Below, in pieces: positions 52,401 to 63,254 of a stretch of DNA of 64,000 nt. The stretch spans positions 1,568,001-1,632,000 of the forward strand of contig CAVYGB010000008.1 in assembly GCA_963767925.1 (NCBI GenBank), read 5' to 3'. The position numbers were made by a program, and so were the translations under genes. Every line of letters begins with the position of its first letter. Position 1 is the first letter of the stretch. Source of the DNA: an uncultured delta proteobacterium. GTDB taxonomy: Bacteria > Myxococcota_A > Polyangia > Fen-1088. Below the pieces are notes generated by a model. It was not told the DNA's origin. It did no database searches and saw only the letters and a list, made by a program, of their open reading frames with translations.

Positions 52401-54734
52401 GTCCTGGAAGGCCTCGGCGATCTCGCGGGGCTCGCGCTCCATGGCCAGCAGCTCCCGCACCAGCCGGGCCGGGTCGTCCGGCGTCGGTGGCAAGAGGGGG
52501 CCCTTGGGCAGATACGCCACCAGGTTCTCCGGACGGCCGGCCAGGTCGAGCTCCTGGGCCCGCTCGCGCAGGGCGAATACCAGTCGATCGAGCGAGGGTC
52601 GAGACCAGATGGTGGCCCCGAGGTGCAACGCCTCGGCGGCTCGGGCCGATCGCCCGTCGCGCCGGAGGTACCAGGAGAGCCACCAGAAGCCCGCCTCCTG
52701 ACCGTCGCTGCGGACCGCCTGCTCGAGCACGCCGATCCCCTCGCCCCGGGTATCATCGCCGCGCACCATGAGGTGGGCCCGCAAGGTGGTGGCCGGCAGG
52801 GACCGGGCCTCGTCGAGCTCGCCCCAGAGCTTGAGGGCCTGCAGCCGGAGATCCCGGCTCGCCCCCGGCAGGGCGCTCCCCTCGGCCAGCAGGCCCAGCA
52901 CGGCCGGTTCGGCAGTGGGGCCCCGGGACCGCGTCCGCCGCACCACCTCGAGCGCGTCGGCCGGGCGGCCATCGCGGTTGAGGCGCAGGGCCAGCCGCCG
53001 CCCGGAGAGCGCAGCCTCCTCCGGGCTGGCCTGGTCGAGGCGAGCCAGCAGCACCTCGAGCGGGGCGCCGTCGGGCCAGGATCCGGTCAGCTCCACGACA
53101 TCGAGCAGCGGCAGCAGGCCCGGGCCGAGGCCCTGGGCCCGCTCGAGCAGGGTGCGCGCGCGTTCGGGCTGCTCCTGAGTGCGGGCCAGCCGGGCGCCCC
53201 AGCGCAGCAGCGCCGCCCCCAGGGGCGACTGGGGCAGCAGCTGAACCGCCTGGATCAGACGCTCGAGCGCCTCGGCACCGGACAGCTTCAGGGCCGCCCG
53301 CAAGGCGGCGAACCCGCTGCGAGCACCGTCCGAGTCGGTGAGCTGTCGGCGCAGGCCATCGGCGGCCGCGGGGTCGCCCGCGCACTCGAACAGCACCGCC
53401 GCAAAGGCCCGGAAGGCCGGCTGCAGATCGCCGGGCAGGCGCTCGGCGAGGGCTTGCAGACCGGCCGCGGCCCGGGCGCGATCGTCCCGGGCGAGCGCCC
53501 GCTCGCAGTCCAGCAGCAACCGGCCCACCGAATCGGGCTCGCCGCCGCTCGCCTCGAGGGTCCCAGCCACGCTCGGGCTCTCCCCGGCCGGGCGGGTATG
53601 CTCGAGGACGAGCTCGTAGGCCATCCGCTCGCCGGGCATGACCCGGGCGAGGGTCGCGGTCACCGCCCGCGCTTGCTCAAGGGCGCCGGCCTGGACCAGC
53701 AGGCGCAGCTGTCCGCGCAGAGCGGGACCATGGTGGGGGTCGCGGGCCAGCGCCCGCTCGTACCAGGTCATGGCCTCGGGCTCCCCGAGCCGCTCGGCGG
53801 CCCGACCGGCCGCCACCGCCGTCCAGCAGATCGCCCGGTTTGTCGCCTCGTCGTCGGCCCCTCCGGTCTTGGCCTCCAGGGCCGCGAGCTGCTCGAGGTA
53901 GAGGGCCCGCTGCGTCTGCAGCGCGCTCACCTCGTCGAGCTCGGCGGCGTCGCCGGAGAAGGCGGCGGCGGCGTCGGCGATCTCCTGCAGCGGGCGCGAG
54001 GGGCGCACCGGAAAGCTCATGTCGAGCGCCGTGATCGGCTCCTCGTCCGGGAGGGCTTCCTCGAAAGCCTGCCCGGTGGTGGGCGGGGGCCGGTTCCAGC
54101 GAGAGGCCTCCGGACGGGCCGGCTCGGAGCCGCCCATGAACAGGGCCGAAACGTCGGGCAGGCCGTCTTCGTTGAGCTCGCGCCCCGGCTCGCGCGGCGC
54201 CATGGGCACGAGGGGCAGGGAGGCCACCGGAGGCGGGAGATCGGCGGGCCCGGGCTCGCCGAGAGGAGCGCCGGCCGCCGCTGCTTCCAGCTCGGCGATC
54301 TCGGGAATGACCAGCACGCCGCTGGATTCCTCGCCCGTCGGATAGGTGTTTTCGGGCGCGGCCCCCGGGGGCGGCGCCACGACGGTGACCTCAGCCTCGT
54401 CCCCGTAGAGGTCGCGCAACATCGGCGCCGGCCCGAGGATCGGCTGCGGCGTCTCCGCCAGCGGCAGCTCGGGAGGGGGCGTGTCCCCCGGCGCCAGCAC
54501 GATCTCTCCGGAGTTGAGGTCGTCGAGCACCAGCTCCGCGCTTTCGGGTGGGGGCGGCTCCGGGCCCAGGGTCACCGGCGGCGGGGTGCCTGGGCTGAAC
54601 GAAGGATCCCAGGCCGCCACCTCGCGCTCCCAGTCACTCTCCTCTTCGTACGCCGGAGCGGCCGGAGCCGAGCCGAGCTGACCCCGGGCAGGGGGCCGTG
54701 GCTCCGGGGGCCTGGTCTTGTCGTCGTTGGCCAT
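49464..54734 (-). CDS. giant TPR-repeat protein (1756 aa)
   Basis: Acidic Pro-rich N-terminus, many TPR-like repeats (ALE.EP.H.PAL..L), C-terminal AARAGLLACADL...LVDFALSEDH domain. Confidence 0.8.
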   Translation of the reverse strand: MANDDKTRPPEPRPPARGQLGSAPAAPAYEEESDWEREVAAWDPSFSPGTPPPVTLGPEPPPPESAELVLDDLNSGEIVLAPGDTPPPELPLAETPQPILGPAPMLRDLYGDEAEVTVVAPPPGAAPENTYPTGEESSGVLVIPEIAELEAAAAGAPLGEPGPADLPPPVASLPLVPMAPREPGRELNEDGLPDVSALFMGGSEPARPEASRWNRPPPTTGQAFEEALPDEEPITALDMSFPVRPSRPLQEIADAAAAFSGDAAELDEVSALQTQRALYLEQLAALEAKTGGADDEATNRAICWTAVAAGRAAERLGEPEAMTWYERALARDPHHGPALRGQLRLLVQAGALEQARAVTATLARVMPGERMAYELVLEHTRPAGESPSVAGTLEASGGEPDSVGRLLLDCERALARDDRARAAAGLQALAERLPGDLQPAFRAFAAVLFECAGDPAAADGLRRQLTDSDGARSGFAALRAALKLSGAEALERLIQAVQLLPQSPLGAALLRWGARLARTQEQPERARTLLERAQGLGPGLLPLLDVVELTGSWPDGAPLEVLLARLDQASPEEAALSGRRLALRLNRDGRPADALEVVRRTRSRGPTAEPAVLGLLAEGSALPGASRDLRLQALKLWGELDEARSLPATTLRAHLMVRGDDTRGEGIGVLEQAVRSDGQEAGFWWLSWYLRRDGRSARAAEALHLGATIWSRPSLDRLVFALRERAQELDLAGRPENLVAYLPKGPLLPPTPDDPARLVRELLAMEREPREIAEAFQDAAREGSRYRVHEAAGWLIQAGAFAEALSWLQGSAAPVASHAISGLLRRRLIGLIDDPTVRIGVLAELRRSNPAGDEPTELEFRRAEALEVAGQTREAASAYRELLASPLARDADLALRRVLWTLRDGDGLEGLWRDEYDALNGAGRTRAAAAALVERGRIERDLRGNTESAQGELSAARLLDPDRHEARVMLLALPGARPTGAEVVTLLEELAREMPAEAVSIQFLAALIADGQGHPETAQRLLREALRRAGERPSLALVRRHVASEENRSPPASDLPTLLEARAQSIALTPGADPRLSTSLFSRAAEAEEAAGRRDRAERLYRRALESEPEHLPALVRLRKLLVARGAFAEAVDVLEIEAQALRRPTRRSQALFLAATLAADRLRDGRRARGLLERAMAADSRNDAAFTRLRKLLEEANELEAVTTLLARRLAGASPEDVTALRLERVDLLLGPLGDRPAAKAELRILLESEPDNSAILGRLAALELDDGDFGAAAELSIRQARFERDPAALEACFLRIGRLYLQRLNDPRVAQGAFERVLRLTPGNREALEALSELYARQNDSRKALAVTERLVEQETDPERRLPFLIRLAALWESAGDSRRAGVIFRHAVDESPRSLQAIGELARFHDRNKEPQARKVLLEGSLSLLSADLRNNPENLNATVRTMIPILRWRQRRTSATSAAQLLRRYSPHLDESREAASWVETLSSGRRLAPLANPDLDERALPRRVQGGIRHVLRQLGPALAHANRPDLRRWQVGRSARQRPGSEIRLEFEAVAGDLGVREFDLYVSDSDPRALAVEPADPPAIVIGASLAKQGRPALRFAAGWCLRLIETHFDLLLERSPMEAAALMAGVVRRFLPDYAYPDLEDGALAAADARVGRALGKGRRAELAPFANEIAGSFTPNGLFLDAQETAARAGLLACADLASALDLIAAAAGRPSSGLADVLEIPVALRLVDFALSEDHEDLVQALDSVS

Positions 54735-54737
54735 CGC

Positions 54738-57700
54738 TCAGTCCTTGCTGAGTCCGGCGTCGCGGCGAACCGCCGCATAACGGTCGCTGAAGGCAAAATG
54801 GATGACGTCCAGGCAGGCGGGGCTGAGCAGGTCCTGCCGGGTGGGGGTGTTTCGCTGGGTCAAGGTCCGCAGCGCCACCGCGAGGTCCCCGCTCATCAAC
54901 AGGGCGAAGCGGTTGGCGGTGCGCAGGACGCCTTCCCGCCAGGCGGCCACCTCGAGGGGCGCCTGCTCGAAGGCGGTCGCGTAGGACTCGAGGTTCTTGA
55001 TCTCCCGGCGCGAGAGCCCCTTGCCGATCCTCCGGGCGAGGTTGCGCAGGTTCTCCAGGTCGAGGCGGGCGCGGGCGTGCTCGATGTAGCGGGGGTTGGC
55101 CAGGTAGGCGGCCGCCTCCCAGACCAGCTCGAGATCGGAGATGGAGATGCTTTCGAGCAAGGTCGCGCATTCTCGCAGCAAAGCCAGGGTCCGGCCGACC
55201 CGGAAACGCGCGACCGGATCCCCCCCACCACCCCCCGGCCGAGAGCGAGCGAGCTCTCCGGGACGTCGAGGCCGGCGATCCAGAGATCGTCCAGGGGGGG
55301 CAGGTAGATCGAGAGGGAGGGGATGCCCAGGGCCAGGCTGGCGTTCTCTGCCCAGGCCAGGCGGGGGTCCGAGCCAGGGGCCAGCCGCGTCTGCCGGGTG
55401 ATACCCAGCTCGGTCGAGGGGGGGGCATACAGGCGGGCCACGCCCCGGCAGAACTGCGGCCAGGTCTCCTTCATCAGGGCCAGGGCAGGCGAGATGCTGC
55501 CCGGTCCCTGCACCCCCATCGCCAGCAGCGACACCGGGCGCTGCAGGTCGCGCACGTGTCCCCGCGCGGAGCCGAAGCCGAGGGCGCTGAGGAGCTGGGT
55601 GGCCGCCGCCTGCAGGTCGGGGAGCGTCCGCAGGGCCGCCAGGTCGCGCAGGCACTCCAGCGTCCGGACCTGCAAGGGCTGGGTCTCGAGGGTCCGCCGC
55701 AGGTCCCCGATCACCGTGTTGATGGCCCCCGCATCCTCCTGACTGAGGGGCCCCTCCCCGACCGTGGCGACCAGCTCGGGGATGACCTCCCCCAGGGGAT
55801 CGAGCTGCAGCGCGGTTCGCAGGGCGGCCAGCGCCGCCGGCAGGTCCTTGCGCTCCTCCCGCTCGAGCTTGGCCAGCCGCACCGCCACCGCGGCCTTGGC
55901 CGGACGCGCATCGGTCAGCGCCTGCAGCACCCGGAGCTGCTCGGCGGCGAGATCGAAGCGCCGGGTCCGCGAGGCCAGGGCAACCAGCCGCTCGCGGGGG
56001 ACCGTGTCGTCGAGCTTGGCCTCGATGGCCGCCCGCAAGACGCGCTCGGCCTCCTCGGGATGCTTGTCAGCCTCGTAGGCGCTCGCCAGATCGAGCTGCA
56101 TGGAGACCATCTCCTCCAGCGGCGTGCCGGACCGCTCGAGGGCCCGGGTCAGGTAGTCGACCGCCAGGTCGAAGCGCTCATCGCCCATCGCCAGCCGGGC
56201 CAGCAGGCGCAAGCTGGTGACCCGTTCGGGATCGAGGGCGAGGATGCGCCGGTGATCGTGGATGGCCTCGTTGCGCTTGCCGAGCTGGCCCAGGCGCAGG
56301 GCGGCCCGCTCGGTGTAGAGCAGGATCCGGACGCTGTCGTCGCGGGTGTGGGCGATCTTGAAGGAGAGCAGCTGCTCGAGGGCGCCCGGCTGCTCGCGGC
56401 GCAGGAGGATCCGCCGCAGGCGGCGGTAGGCTTCCTCGTGCTCGGGGACCCGGCGCAGGACCTCGAGGTAGGCGCTCGCCGCCTCGTCGGGCTGGCCCTC
56501 GTCCTCGTAGAGCCGCCCCGCCTGGGTGCCGAGCTCGGCGGCGGGGCCGTCGCTGCACAGCTCGGCGGCGATCCGGAGGAGCGCCACCGCTTGCCCGCGC
56601 CGGTTCCGGACGGCGAAGGAGACCCGGCGCAGGCCGTCGAGCGCCTCGAGCGACCCGGGCTCGTGATCGAGCGCCTGGGCGTAGGCGCCGGCCGCCTCGT
56701 GCCAGCGATGCAACCGCTCCTCTTGCAGCCCTTCCTCGAGCAAGAGCTGCTCGGCGACCGCCCGACCGGCGCCCTCGTGCTCGCCGAGCCGTTCGGCCCG
56801 CGTGCGGCGGGCGTGGGCGACCCTCCCGGGCAGCGGCAGGTCGCCGCCGAGATCGGTGGCGGCGAGATCGACGAGCGTGGCGGTCGGGCCCTCGGCCGCC
56901 CGGGCCAGCGCGCTCCAGGCCGTCACCCGATCGCCCCCCAGCAACCGCCGGACCCCGATCGCCGCCCACAGCTCGAGCGCCGCCGCCGGGGCCGCCTTGG
57001 CCCGGGCCATGCGTTCCAGGCCATCGAGCCGCGCCTTCGCGTCGTCGTTGCGCACGCCCCGGACCCACATCCGGATCGCGTCGAGGGGGCCCTCGCCCCC
57101 GCCGCCGATCTCCACCCCCTTGCCCCCGCAGGCGAGCGAGAGCAGGTCCGACTCCCGGGTCAGCTCCAATGCGATCGGGCTGGAGGCAGCGGCGCCGGCC
57201 AGGCGCTCGAAGCCCTGCAAGAGCTCGCCCTCTCCGCCCTCGTGCCGGCTCGTCACGCGCAGCAGCCCGAGCGCCGCCTCGATCGCGAGAGGGCCGGGCG
57301 GGGCAGCCTCCAGGGCCTCCCGGTAGGCGTCTGCAGCGGTGGTTGTCTGTCCACCCTCCTCGCGGGCCTCGGCCAGGGCGAGCAGCCGCAGGAGCGCGCT
57401 CTCGGCGCCGGTCTCCTCGAAGCTCGCGACAACCGCGTCTTCCTCGAGCAGCGCCCCCTCGAGGGCCACCGTGCGGGAGGTGCGCGCGATCTCCCACGAC
57501 CAGAGCACGGCGCTGCGGTCCTTCTGATCGCGCAGGGGACGCAAGGCGGCCAGGGCCTCGACGTATCGGGATGCCTCGGCCGCCGAGAAGGCGAGGCGGA
57601 ACCGCAGCGCGCGCACGACCTCGGCGCTGCGTCCGCCCTGCTCGGAGGCCAGCAACTCGGCCGCGAGGACCCCGAGGCGGTCATCGGTCCGATCCGCCGA

Positions 57701-59743
57701 GCGGTACAGCCGCTCGAGCTCGGCCGCCTGAGCCGAGCCCGGCGCGCAGCGGAACGCCTCCTCGGCCAGGGCCAGGGCCGAGCGTTCGGCGCCCGCGTCC
57801 CAGGCCAGGCGGGAGGCGAGCAGGCGCAGGGCGGCCGCCGCGGGACCGTCGTCGCGCTCGATGCGCTCGCTCAGCGAGCGGAGCTGGCGGATCGCCTCCT
57901 CGGCGCCCTCCCCGGTCGAGATGTACCTGTCGCCGGCCTGATCGACGGCCCGGGTGGCGGCCACGATCTCGTCGCTCGGGGTGGCGCCAGGCGTCTCGAA
58001 CCGGCGGGCGGACCGGGCGTCCCGCAGCACGTCGCGGTGAAGGACGAGGAGCACCCGCTGCAGCTCCTGCTTGCGGGCCTCACTGGTGGCCGCGGCCGCG
58101 TCGGCTTCTAGCAGGTGGGCGAGCGCCGCCCACTCGCGCAGCTCGGCGAACACCCCCCGGAGGACCTCCCGGGCCGGCGGGTAGTCGGGGACCAGGCTGA
58201 GGGCCCGCAGGGCTGGCTCGCGGGCCGCCCGCGCGTTCTTGAGGATGTGGTGGTGGATGAAGGCCGCCCGGACCAGCAGGTGGGCCGCCTCGCGGGCAGA
58301 CTCCGGGTCGAGCGCCCGGGCCCCGGGCCCGGAGGTCCCATTTGTCGGGGCAACCATGCGTTCGGCGTTGGCGGCGTGCAGGCGCGCCAGCCCCTCGGCG
58401 TCGCCCGACCGGGCCACGATCCGCACCCGGGCCAGGGAGGCCAGCGCCGCCAGCCGGCTGCCGCGGGTCAGGCGATCGAGGGTCTCGATTGCCTCGCCGA
58501 GCGCCCCGGCCCGGGCGGCGGCTTCAGCGCGACGCAGCAGAGCCTCGTCGCGCCGCCCGCTGCCCGAGACCGTGTGGGCGTCCTCGACGAGCGGCGCGAT
58601 GGCATCGGCCTGGCCGGCCTTCTCGGCCACGTCGAACAGGTCGGCGATCAGCAGCGGGTGCTCCGGTGCGGCCTTCAGGCCCCGCTCGAGCACGGCGAGG
58701 GCGGCCTCGGCGGCGCCCTGACGCATCAACAGGCGCGCCTTCTCCCGGCAGAGCGCCACCAGGAACGCTGGCTCGAGCCGGAGCGGGGACTCGGCCCGGT
58801 GCAGGCGCGCGTCCAGGAAGTCGAGCACCCGCGTCCTCAGATCGGGATCGCCCGCTACCAGGGACAGGCGGTACAGCTCCGCCGCGACCGGCTCCTCGGC
58901 GGAAGGCGGCAGAGCGAGCCCCAGCAGATCCTCGATGCTCTGCCGGATCTTCTCCTCGCTCTCCTCGCTCTCCTCGCTCTCCCCGCTTTCCCCGTTCTCT
59001 CCGTTCTGTTGCGCCTCCGGACGCCTTGAGAGGCGTCCGCGCTCGCTCGTGGTCAGCTCGAGGGCGAACAGGGCACGCACGTGGGGCTCGGCCACATGGG
59101 CGGTCAGGCCGGTCAGGGCCCGATCGACGTCGGCCCGATCGGGCGCCCGCAACCCGCCGAGCAGCAGCGCCAGCAGTGCAGCCGGGTGGGCGGCGTCGAG
59201 ATCGAGCGCCATGCGGTAGGCGGCCCGCGCCTCGGCCTCGCGTCCCAGCCGATCTTCGAGCACCCGCCCCTTCTCAACCAGGATGTCGGCCCGGTCGGCG
59301 GGGGTGGGCAGAGGCGCGAACCGGATCTCGGCATCCAGCAGCCGGATCAGGTTCTCCCAGGCGCCCCGCCCGGCGAACAGGCCGAACAGGGCCCAGGTGG
59401 TGGCCTGCAGGGTCGGATCGGTAGTCAGCGACTGGGTATAGGTCTTGCGCGCCTCGCGGGCGTTCCCGAGCTGGCGCTCGCGCAGGTGACCCGCTTCGTA
59501 GAGCAGCCGCGCCGTCCGCTTGCTGTCCACCGGCGTCTCGACGCTGGCCTCTTCTTCGTAGAGGGCGATCTCCTCGGCGGCGTCACCGACCGGGGAGCCA
59601 GGCGGGGCCCCGCCGTGTGGGCCCGAGCCGTCGCCCGCGGCGAGGACATCCTCTGGCCGCACGCCTTCGCTGGCCGCGGATCGCGCATCGGTGCCCGTCG
59701 ACCCGCGCTCGTCCTGTGGGCCTTGCGGCGGAGCGCTCGCCAT
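54738..59743 (-). CDS. giant TPR-repeat protein (~1670 aa; frameshift in G-run ~55222)
   Basis: TPR-like repeats; continues in ORF 54738..55655 (DPVARFRVGR...TANRFALLMSGDL...IHFAFSDRY..VRR). Confidence 0.78.
58950..59007 (-). repeat. 9-bp coding repeat (ENG-ESG-ESE-ESE-ESE)
   Basis: CTCTCCTCG-type units on the plus strand. Confidence 0.7.
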
Positions 59744-59980
59744 GGGGAAGCTGTTTTGACGAAAACGACCCGGGAGCTCGGCTCGCAGGCTCTCGTCGCG
59801 AAATGTGGGCAAAGAAGAGAAGGTGGTGGGGTGCCCGCACGCCGGTGGAGCGGTAGGACCCCCACCTCAAAATCCCGATGAGTATGGCGGGATTGGGATC
59901 CGAGGTCAATCGCGCGGAGGGGCTCCGCCGCAGCTCCCCAACCCCTGATAAAATGGGTCTGCCCCACCGCCTGGACATGC

Positions 59981-61537
59981 ATGAAAAAACCGCCTCTTCC
60001 CGCCTACGCGCTCGGTGACCAGCCCCTCGACCTCGCCATCCTCGAGCAGGTCGCCCGGGAGGGGCGCGCCGTGGCGGTAGCGCCAGCGGCGGTCGAGCGG
60101 ATGCGGCGGTCCCGGGCCGTGATCGAGTCCATTGCCCAGGGGGGCGACGACGCACCCAGCGTTTACGGCGTCAACACGGGGTTCGGGGCCCTCGCCGAGG
60201 TGCGCATCGACGCCGATTCCATCCGCGAGCTACAGCAGAACCTGGTCCGCAGCCATGCCGCCGGCGTGGGGGAGCCGTTGCCCCGGGCCGTCGTGCGCGG
60301 GATGCTGCTGCTGCGGGCCGCCGTCCTCGCCACCGGGCGGACGGGTGTGCGTCCGGCCCTCTGCCAGCGCCTCTGTGACCTGCTCGATCGGGGGGTGCAC
60401 CCGATCATCCCCTGGCAAGGATCGGTGGGGGCCTCCGGCGATCTGGCGCCGCTGGCCCACCTGGCTCTCGTCGTGATCGGCGAGGGGGAGGCCGAGCTGG
60501 ACGGGGCGGTCCTTCCGGGAGACGAGGCGCTCGCCCGCGTCGGCTTGAGCCCCATCGTCCTCGAGGCCAAGGAGGGCCTGGCCCTGGTCAATGGCACCCA
60601 GCTCATGACGGCCGCCGGCGCGCTCTCGGTGGCGGAGGCGTTGCGTCTGACCGAGGTGGCGGACATCACCGGCGTCATGTCGCTCGAGACCATCAAGGGC
60701 TCTTCGCGGCCCTTCGACGCCCGCATCATGAGCGTCCGCCCCCACCCGGGCGCTGTGGCTGCCGCGGCCCACTTGCGGCGGCTCACCCAGGATTCGGCGA
60801 TCGTCGAGTCCCACCGCGACTGCCACAAGGTTCAGGACGCCTACTCGTTCCGCTGCATGCCCCAGGTGCACGGCGCCGCGCGAGACGGGCTCGCCTTCGC
60901 GGCGGCGACCCTCGAGCGCGAGATGAACGCCGCCACCGACAACCCCCTCGTGTTCGTCGAGGAGGGCGCGCCCGCCGACATCCTGTCGGGGGGCAACTTC
61001 CACGGCCAGCCCCTGGCCCTGGCCCTCGACGTGGCCGCCATCGCCCTGGCCGAGCTGGGAGCCATCTCCGAGCGGCGCATCGAGCAGTGCGTGAACCCCG
61101 CGCTGTCGGGCCTGCCGCCGTTCCTGGCGGTGTCGAGCGGGCTGCACTCGGGTTTCATGCTCGCCCAGGTGACGGCCGCCGCCCTGGTCAGCGAGAACAA
61201 GATCCTCTGCCACCCGGCCTGCGTCGACTCCATCCCCTCGTCGGCGGGCCGGGAGGACCACGTGTCGATGGGCGCCCACTCGGCCTGGAAGCTCTCCCGG
61301 GTCGTCGACAACACCCGGCGCGTGCTCGCCATCGAAGCGCTCTGCGCCGCCCGGGGGCTCGACCTGCGGGCCCCCTTGCGGCCGGGCCGGGCCATCGCGG
61401 CGGTTCACGATCTGATCCGCGGGTCGGTCTCCGCACCCGTGGGAGATCGTCCCCTCTACCGGGACATCGCCGCCCTGGATGGCCTGATCGTGAGCAACCG
61501 GCTGCTCGACGCGGCCCGCTCCGCCCTGCCGGCCTGA
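59981..61537 (+). CDS. hutH: histidine ammonia-lyase
   Basis: [14 protein letters not shown] (HAL-type SH), [14 protein letters not shown] (MIO), [31 protein letters not shown]. Confidence 0.93.
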   Translation: MKKPPLPAYALGDQPLDLAILEQVAREGRAVAVAPAAVERMRRSRAVIESIAQGGDDAPSVYGVNTGFGALAEVRIDADSIRELQQNLVRSHAAGVGEPLPRAVVRGMLLLRAAVLATGRTGVRPALCQRLCDLLDRGVHPIIPWQGSVGASGDLAPLAHLALVVIGEGEAELDGAVLPGDEALARVGLSPIVLEAKEGLALVNGTQLMTAAGALSVAEALRLTEVADITGVMSLETIKGSSRPFDARIMSVRPHPGAVAAAAHLRRLTQDSAIVESHRDCHKVQDAYSFRCMPQVHGAARDGLAFAAATLEREMNAATDNPLVFVEEGAPADILSGGNFHGQPLALALDVAAIALAELGAISERRIEQCVNPALSGLPPFLAVSSGLHSGFMLAQVTAAALVSENKILCHPACVDSIPSSAGREDHVSMGAHSAWKLSRVVDNTRRVLAIEALCAARGLDLRAPLRPGRAIAAVHDLIRGSVSAPVGDRPLYRDIAALDGLIVSNRLLDAARSALPA

Positions 61538-61538
61538 G

Positions 61539-62930
61539 CTACGAAGCTCGCGGCTCCGGCTTCTGGTCGGAGAGGTCCACCTGTCGGGCCAGCTCGAGCA
61601 GTTGCTCGGGCGTGTTCAGGCTCGGATCGTCGAGCACCCGCTCGAGCAGCCCTTCGAGGATCTTCCCCACCTGGCGGCCCGGGGCGATGGCCAGGGCCTG
61701 CATGACGTCGCGGCCGCCGACCGCGAGATCCTTCACCGTGAGGACCGCGTCGGCCGAGACCACGTCGGCCACCCGCTGGCGCAGGTCGCGGGTCTCCAGA
61801 TCGGGCTGCTCGCCGAAGCCCCGTCCGACCACGTCGGCCTCGCGCAGGGCCAGCAGAGCCGGCAGCTCGGCCACCCCCACCCGGCGCAGGAACCGGCGCA
61901 CGGTGCCGTCGCTCCATTCGGGCGTGTAATAGAACATGTGGTTGGCCACCAGGCGCTCGACGGTCTCCCGCTCGGCCCCGGGGAGCTTGAGGCGATGGCA
62001 GATTGTCACCGCCATCTCGGCGCCCAGGTGCTCGTGCCGGTAGAAGCTGTATTCGCCCGGCATCCCCGGCTTTGGCTCGCGGGTGCGGGGCTTGCCGACG
62101 TCGTGAAGGAGGGCGCCCAGCCGGAGCACCACCTCGCCCGAGGCGCCGGTCAAGGTGGCGAGACCGTGTCCGTATACGTCGTACTTGTGAAAGCGGTTCT
62201 GGGTGCAGCCGCGGCCCTCGAGCAGCTCGGGGAGCACCTCGGCCAGCAGGTCGGTCTCGCGCAGGAGATCGACGCCGCGGGCGGGGGCCTCGCTGGCCAG
62301 GATCTTGAAGAGCTCGTCGCGGACCCGCTCGGCCGAAACCTTCCGGAAGGAGTCGAGGGTGGCGGGGATGGCCCGCAAGGTGGGCCCGTCGATGGTGAAG
62401 TCGAGCTGGGTTGCTTGCCGGACCGCCCGCATGGGCCGCAGGCCGTCCTCGCGGAAGCGCTGCAGAGGATCGCCCACCGCCCGCACGAGCCGGCGCCCGA
62501 TGTCTCCCTGCCCGTCGAACGGATCGAGGAGGGCCCCCGACAGGGGATCGTAGGCGATGGCGTTCATGGTCAGATCGCGGCGGGCCAGGTCCTCCTCGAG
62601 CGTCTTGCCGAACTCCACCGAAGAGGGGCGCCGCCCGTCCAGGTAGACCCCCTCGCCCCGGAAGGTCGTGACCTCCACCGGACGGCCGGCGGGGGGCGCC
62701 CCGGTGAGGACCGTGACGGTGCCGTGCTGCAACCCCGTGGGGATGGCGAACCGCTGACCGAACAGCTTCAGCACGGCGTCGGGCGCGGCGCTGGTTGCGA
62801 CGTCGAAGTCCTTCGGCGAGCGCCCCAGCACCAGATCGCGCACGCCGCCGCCCACCAGATGAGCCTGGTGTCCTGCCTCCTGCAGGCGCCGGCACACCGC
62901 CACCACGTCGTCGGGTATCCGGGCGCGCAC
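61539..62930 (-). CDS. cca: class II tRNA nucleotidyltransferase with HD domain
   Basis: LVGGGVRD..LG..PKDFD, EVTTFR, EDLARRDLTMNA, RFREDGLRPMRA.R, SAERVRDE, LLHDVGK. Confidence 0.88.
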   Translation of the reverse strand: MRARIPDDVVAVCRRLQEAGHQAHLVGGGVRDLVLGRSPKDFDVATSAAPDAVLKLFGQRFAIPTGLQHGTVTVLTGAPPAGRPVEVTTFRGEGVYLDGRRPSSVEFGKTLEEDLARRDLTMNAIAYDPLSGALLDPFDGQGDIGRRLVRAVGDPLQRFREDGLRPMRAVRQATQLDFTIDGPTLRAIPATLDSFRKVSAERVRDELFKILASEAPARGVDLLRETDLLAEVLPELLEGRGCTQNRFHKYDVYGHGLATLTGASGEVVLRLGALLHDVGKPRTREPKPGMPGEYSFYRHEHLGAEMAVTICHRLKLPGAERETVERLVANHMFYYTPEWSDGTVRRFLRRVGVAELPALLALREADVVGRGFGEQPDLETRDLRQRVADVVSADAVLTVKDLAVGGRDVMQALAIAPGRQVGKILEGLLERVLDDPSLNTPEQLLELARQVDLSDQKPEPRAS

Positions 62931-63094
62931 TAGTGCCTCACGGCAGAAGATCGGTCATGGTTTCGGCGTCGAGGCGCCCCGCCAGCAAGGCGCGACGACG
63001 AGCAATACTGAACGCATTTCGAGGAGGAGCAACGCCGCTGGCGCGGATGCATCGGCGGCGAAACCATGGTCGAGATTCTGCCATGGGGCACCAG
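62930..63094 (+). mobile_element. CTAG-bounded 161-bp hairpin element, copy B
   Basis: CTAGTGCC...GGCACCAG ends; arms pair (e.g. TCGGTCATGGTTTCG/CGAAACCATGGTCGA); core 62985-63038. Confidence 0.7.
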
Positions 63095-63254
63095 TGCACC
63101 GCTCTCGAAATAGCGTCAAGGATCCGCCGACAAGCCTGCGGCCCCGCGAGGCGCGACGACGACGAATATCCGGCATATTCCGAGGAGGAGCAACGAAGCG
63201 GGGGCGCAGGATCGTCGGCGCAGCCTTGACGACATTTTGCGAGCGATGCACTAG
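63091..63254 (+). mobile_element. CTAG-bounded 160-bp hairpin element, copy C (tandem with B)
   Basis: CCAGTGCA...TGCACTAG ends; arms pair (CGTCAAGG/CCTTGACG, CGCCGAC/GTCGGCG); core 63146-63199. Confidence 0.7.

Noticed and set aside
51402..58111. Very long plus-strand ORFs (1301 aa, 851 aa) and similar antisense ORFs elsewhere (e.g. 3147..5669, 9769..11916, 37190..39310)
   Set aside because: Antisense shadows expected at ~70% GC; no motifs, and the opposite strand has clear genes
59981..61537. Phe/Tyr ammonia-lyase or aminomutase of a biosynthetic cluster
   Set aside because: HAL-type SH specificity residues and no neighbouring biosynthetic genes
62930..63254. CRISPR mini-array or integron attC sites
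   Set aside because: The variable parts are self-complementary arms around a conserved centre rather than spacers; no cas or intI gene; no RYYYAAC/GTTRRRY ends
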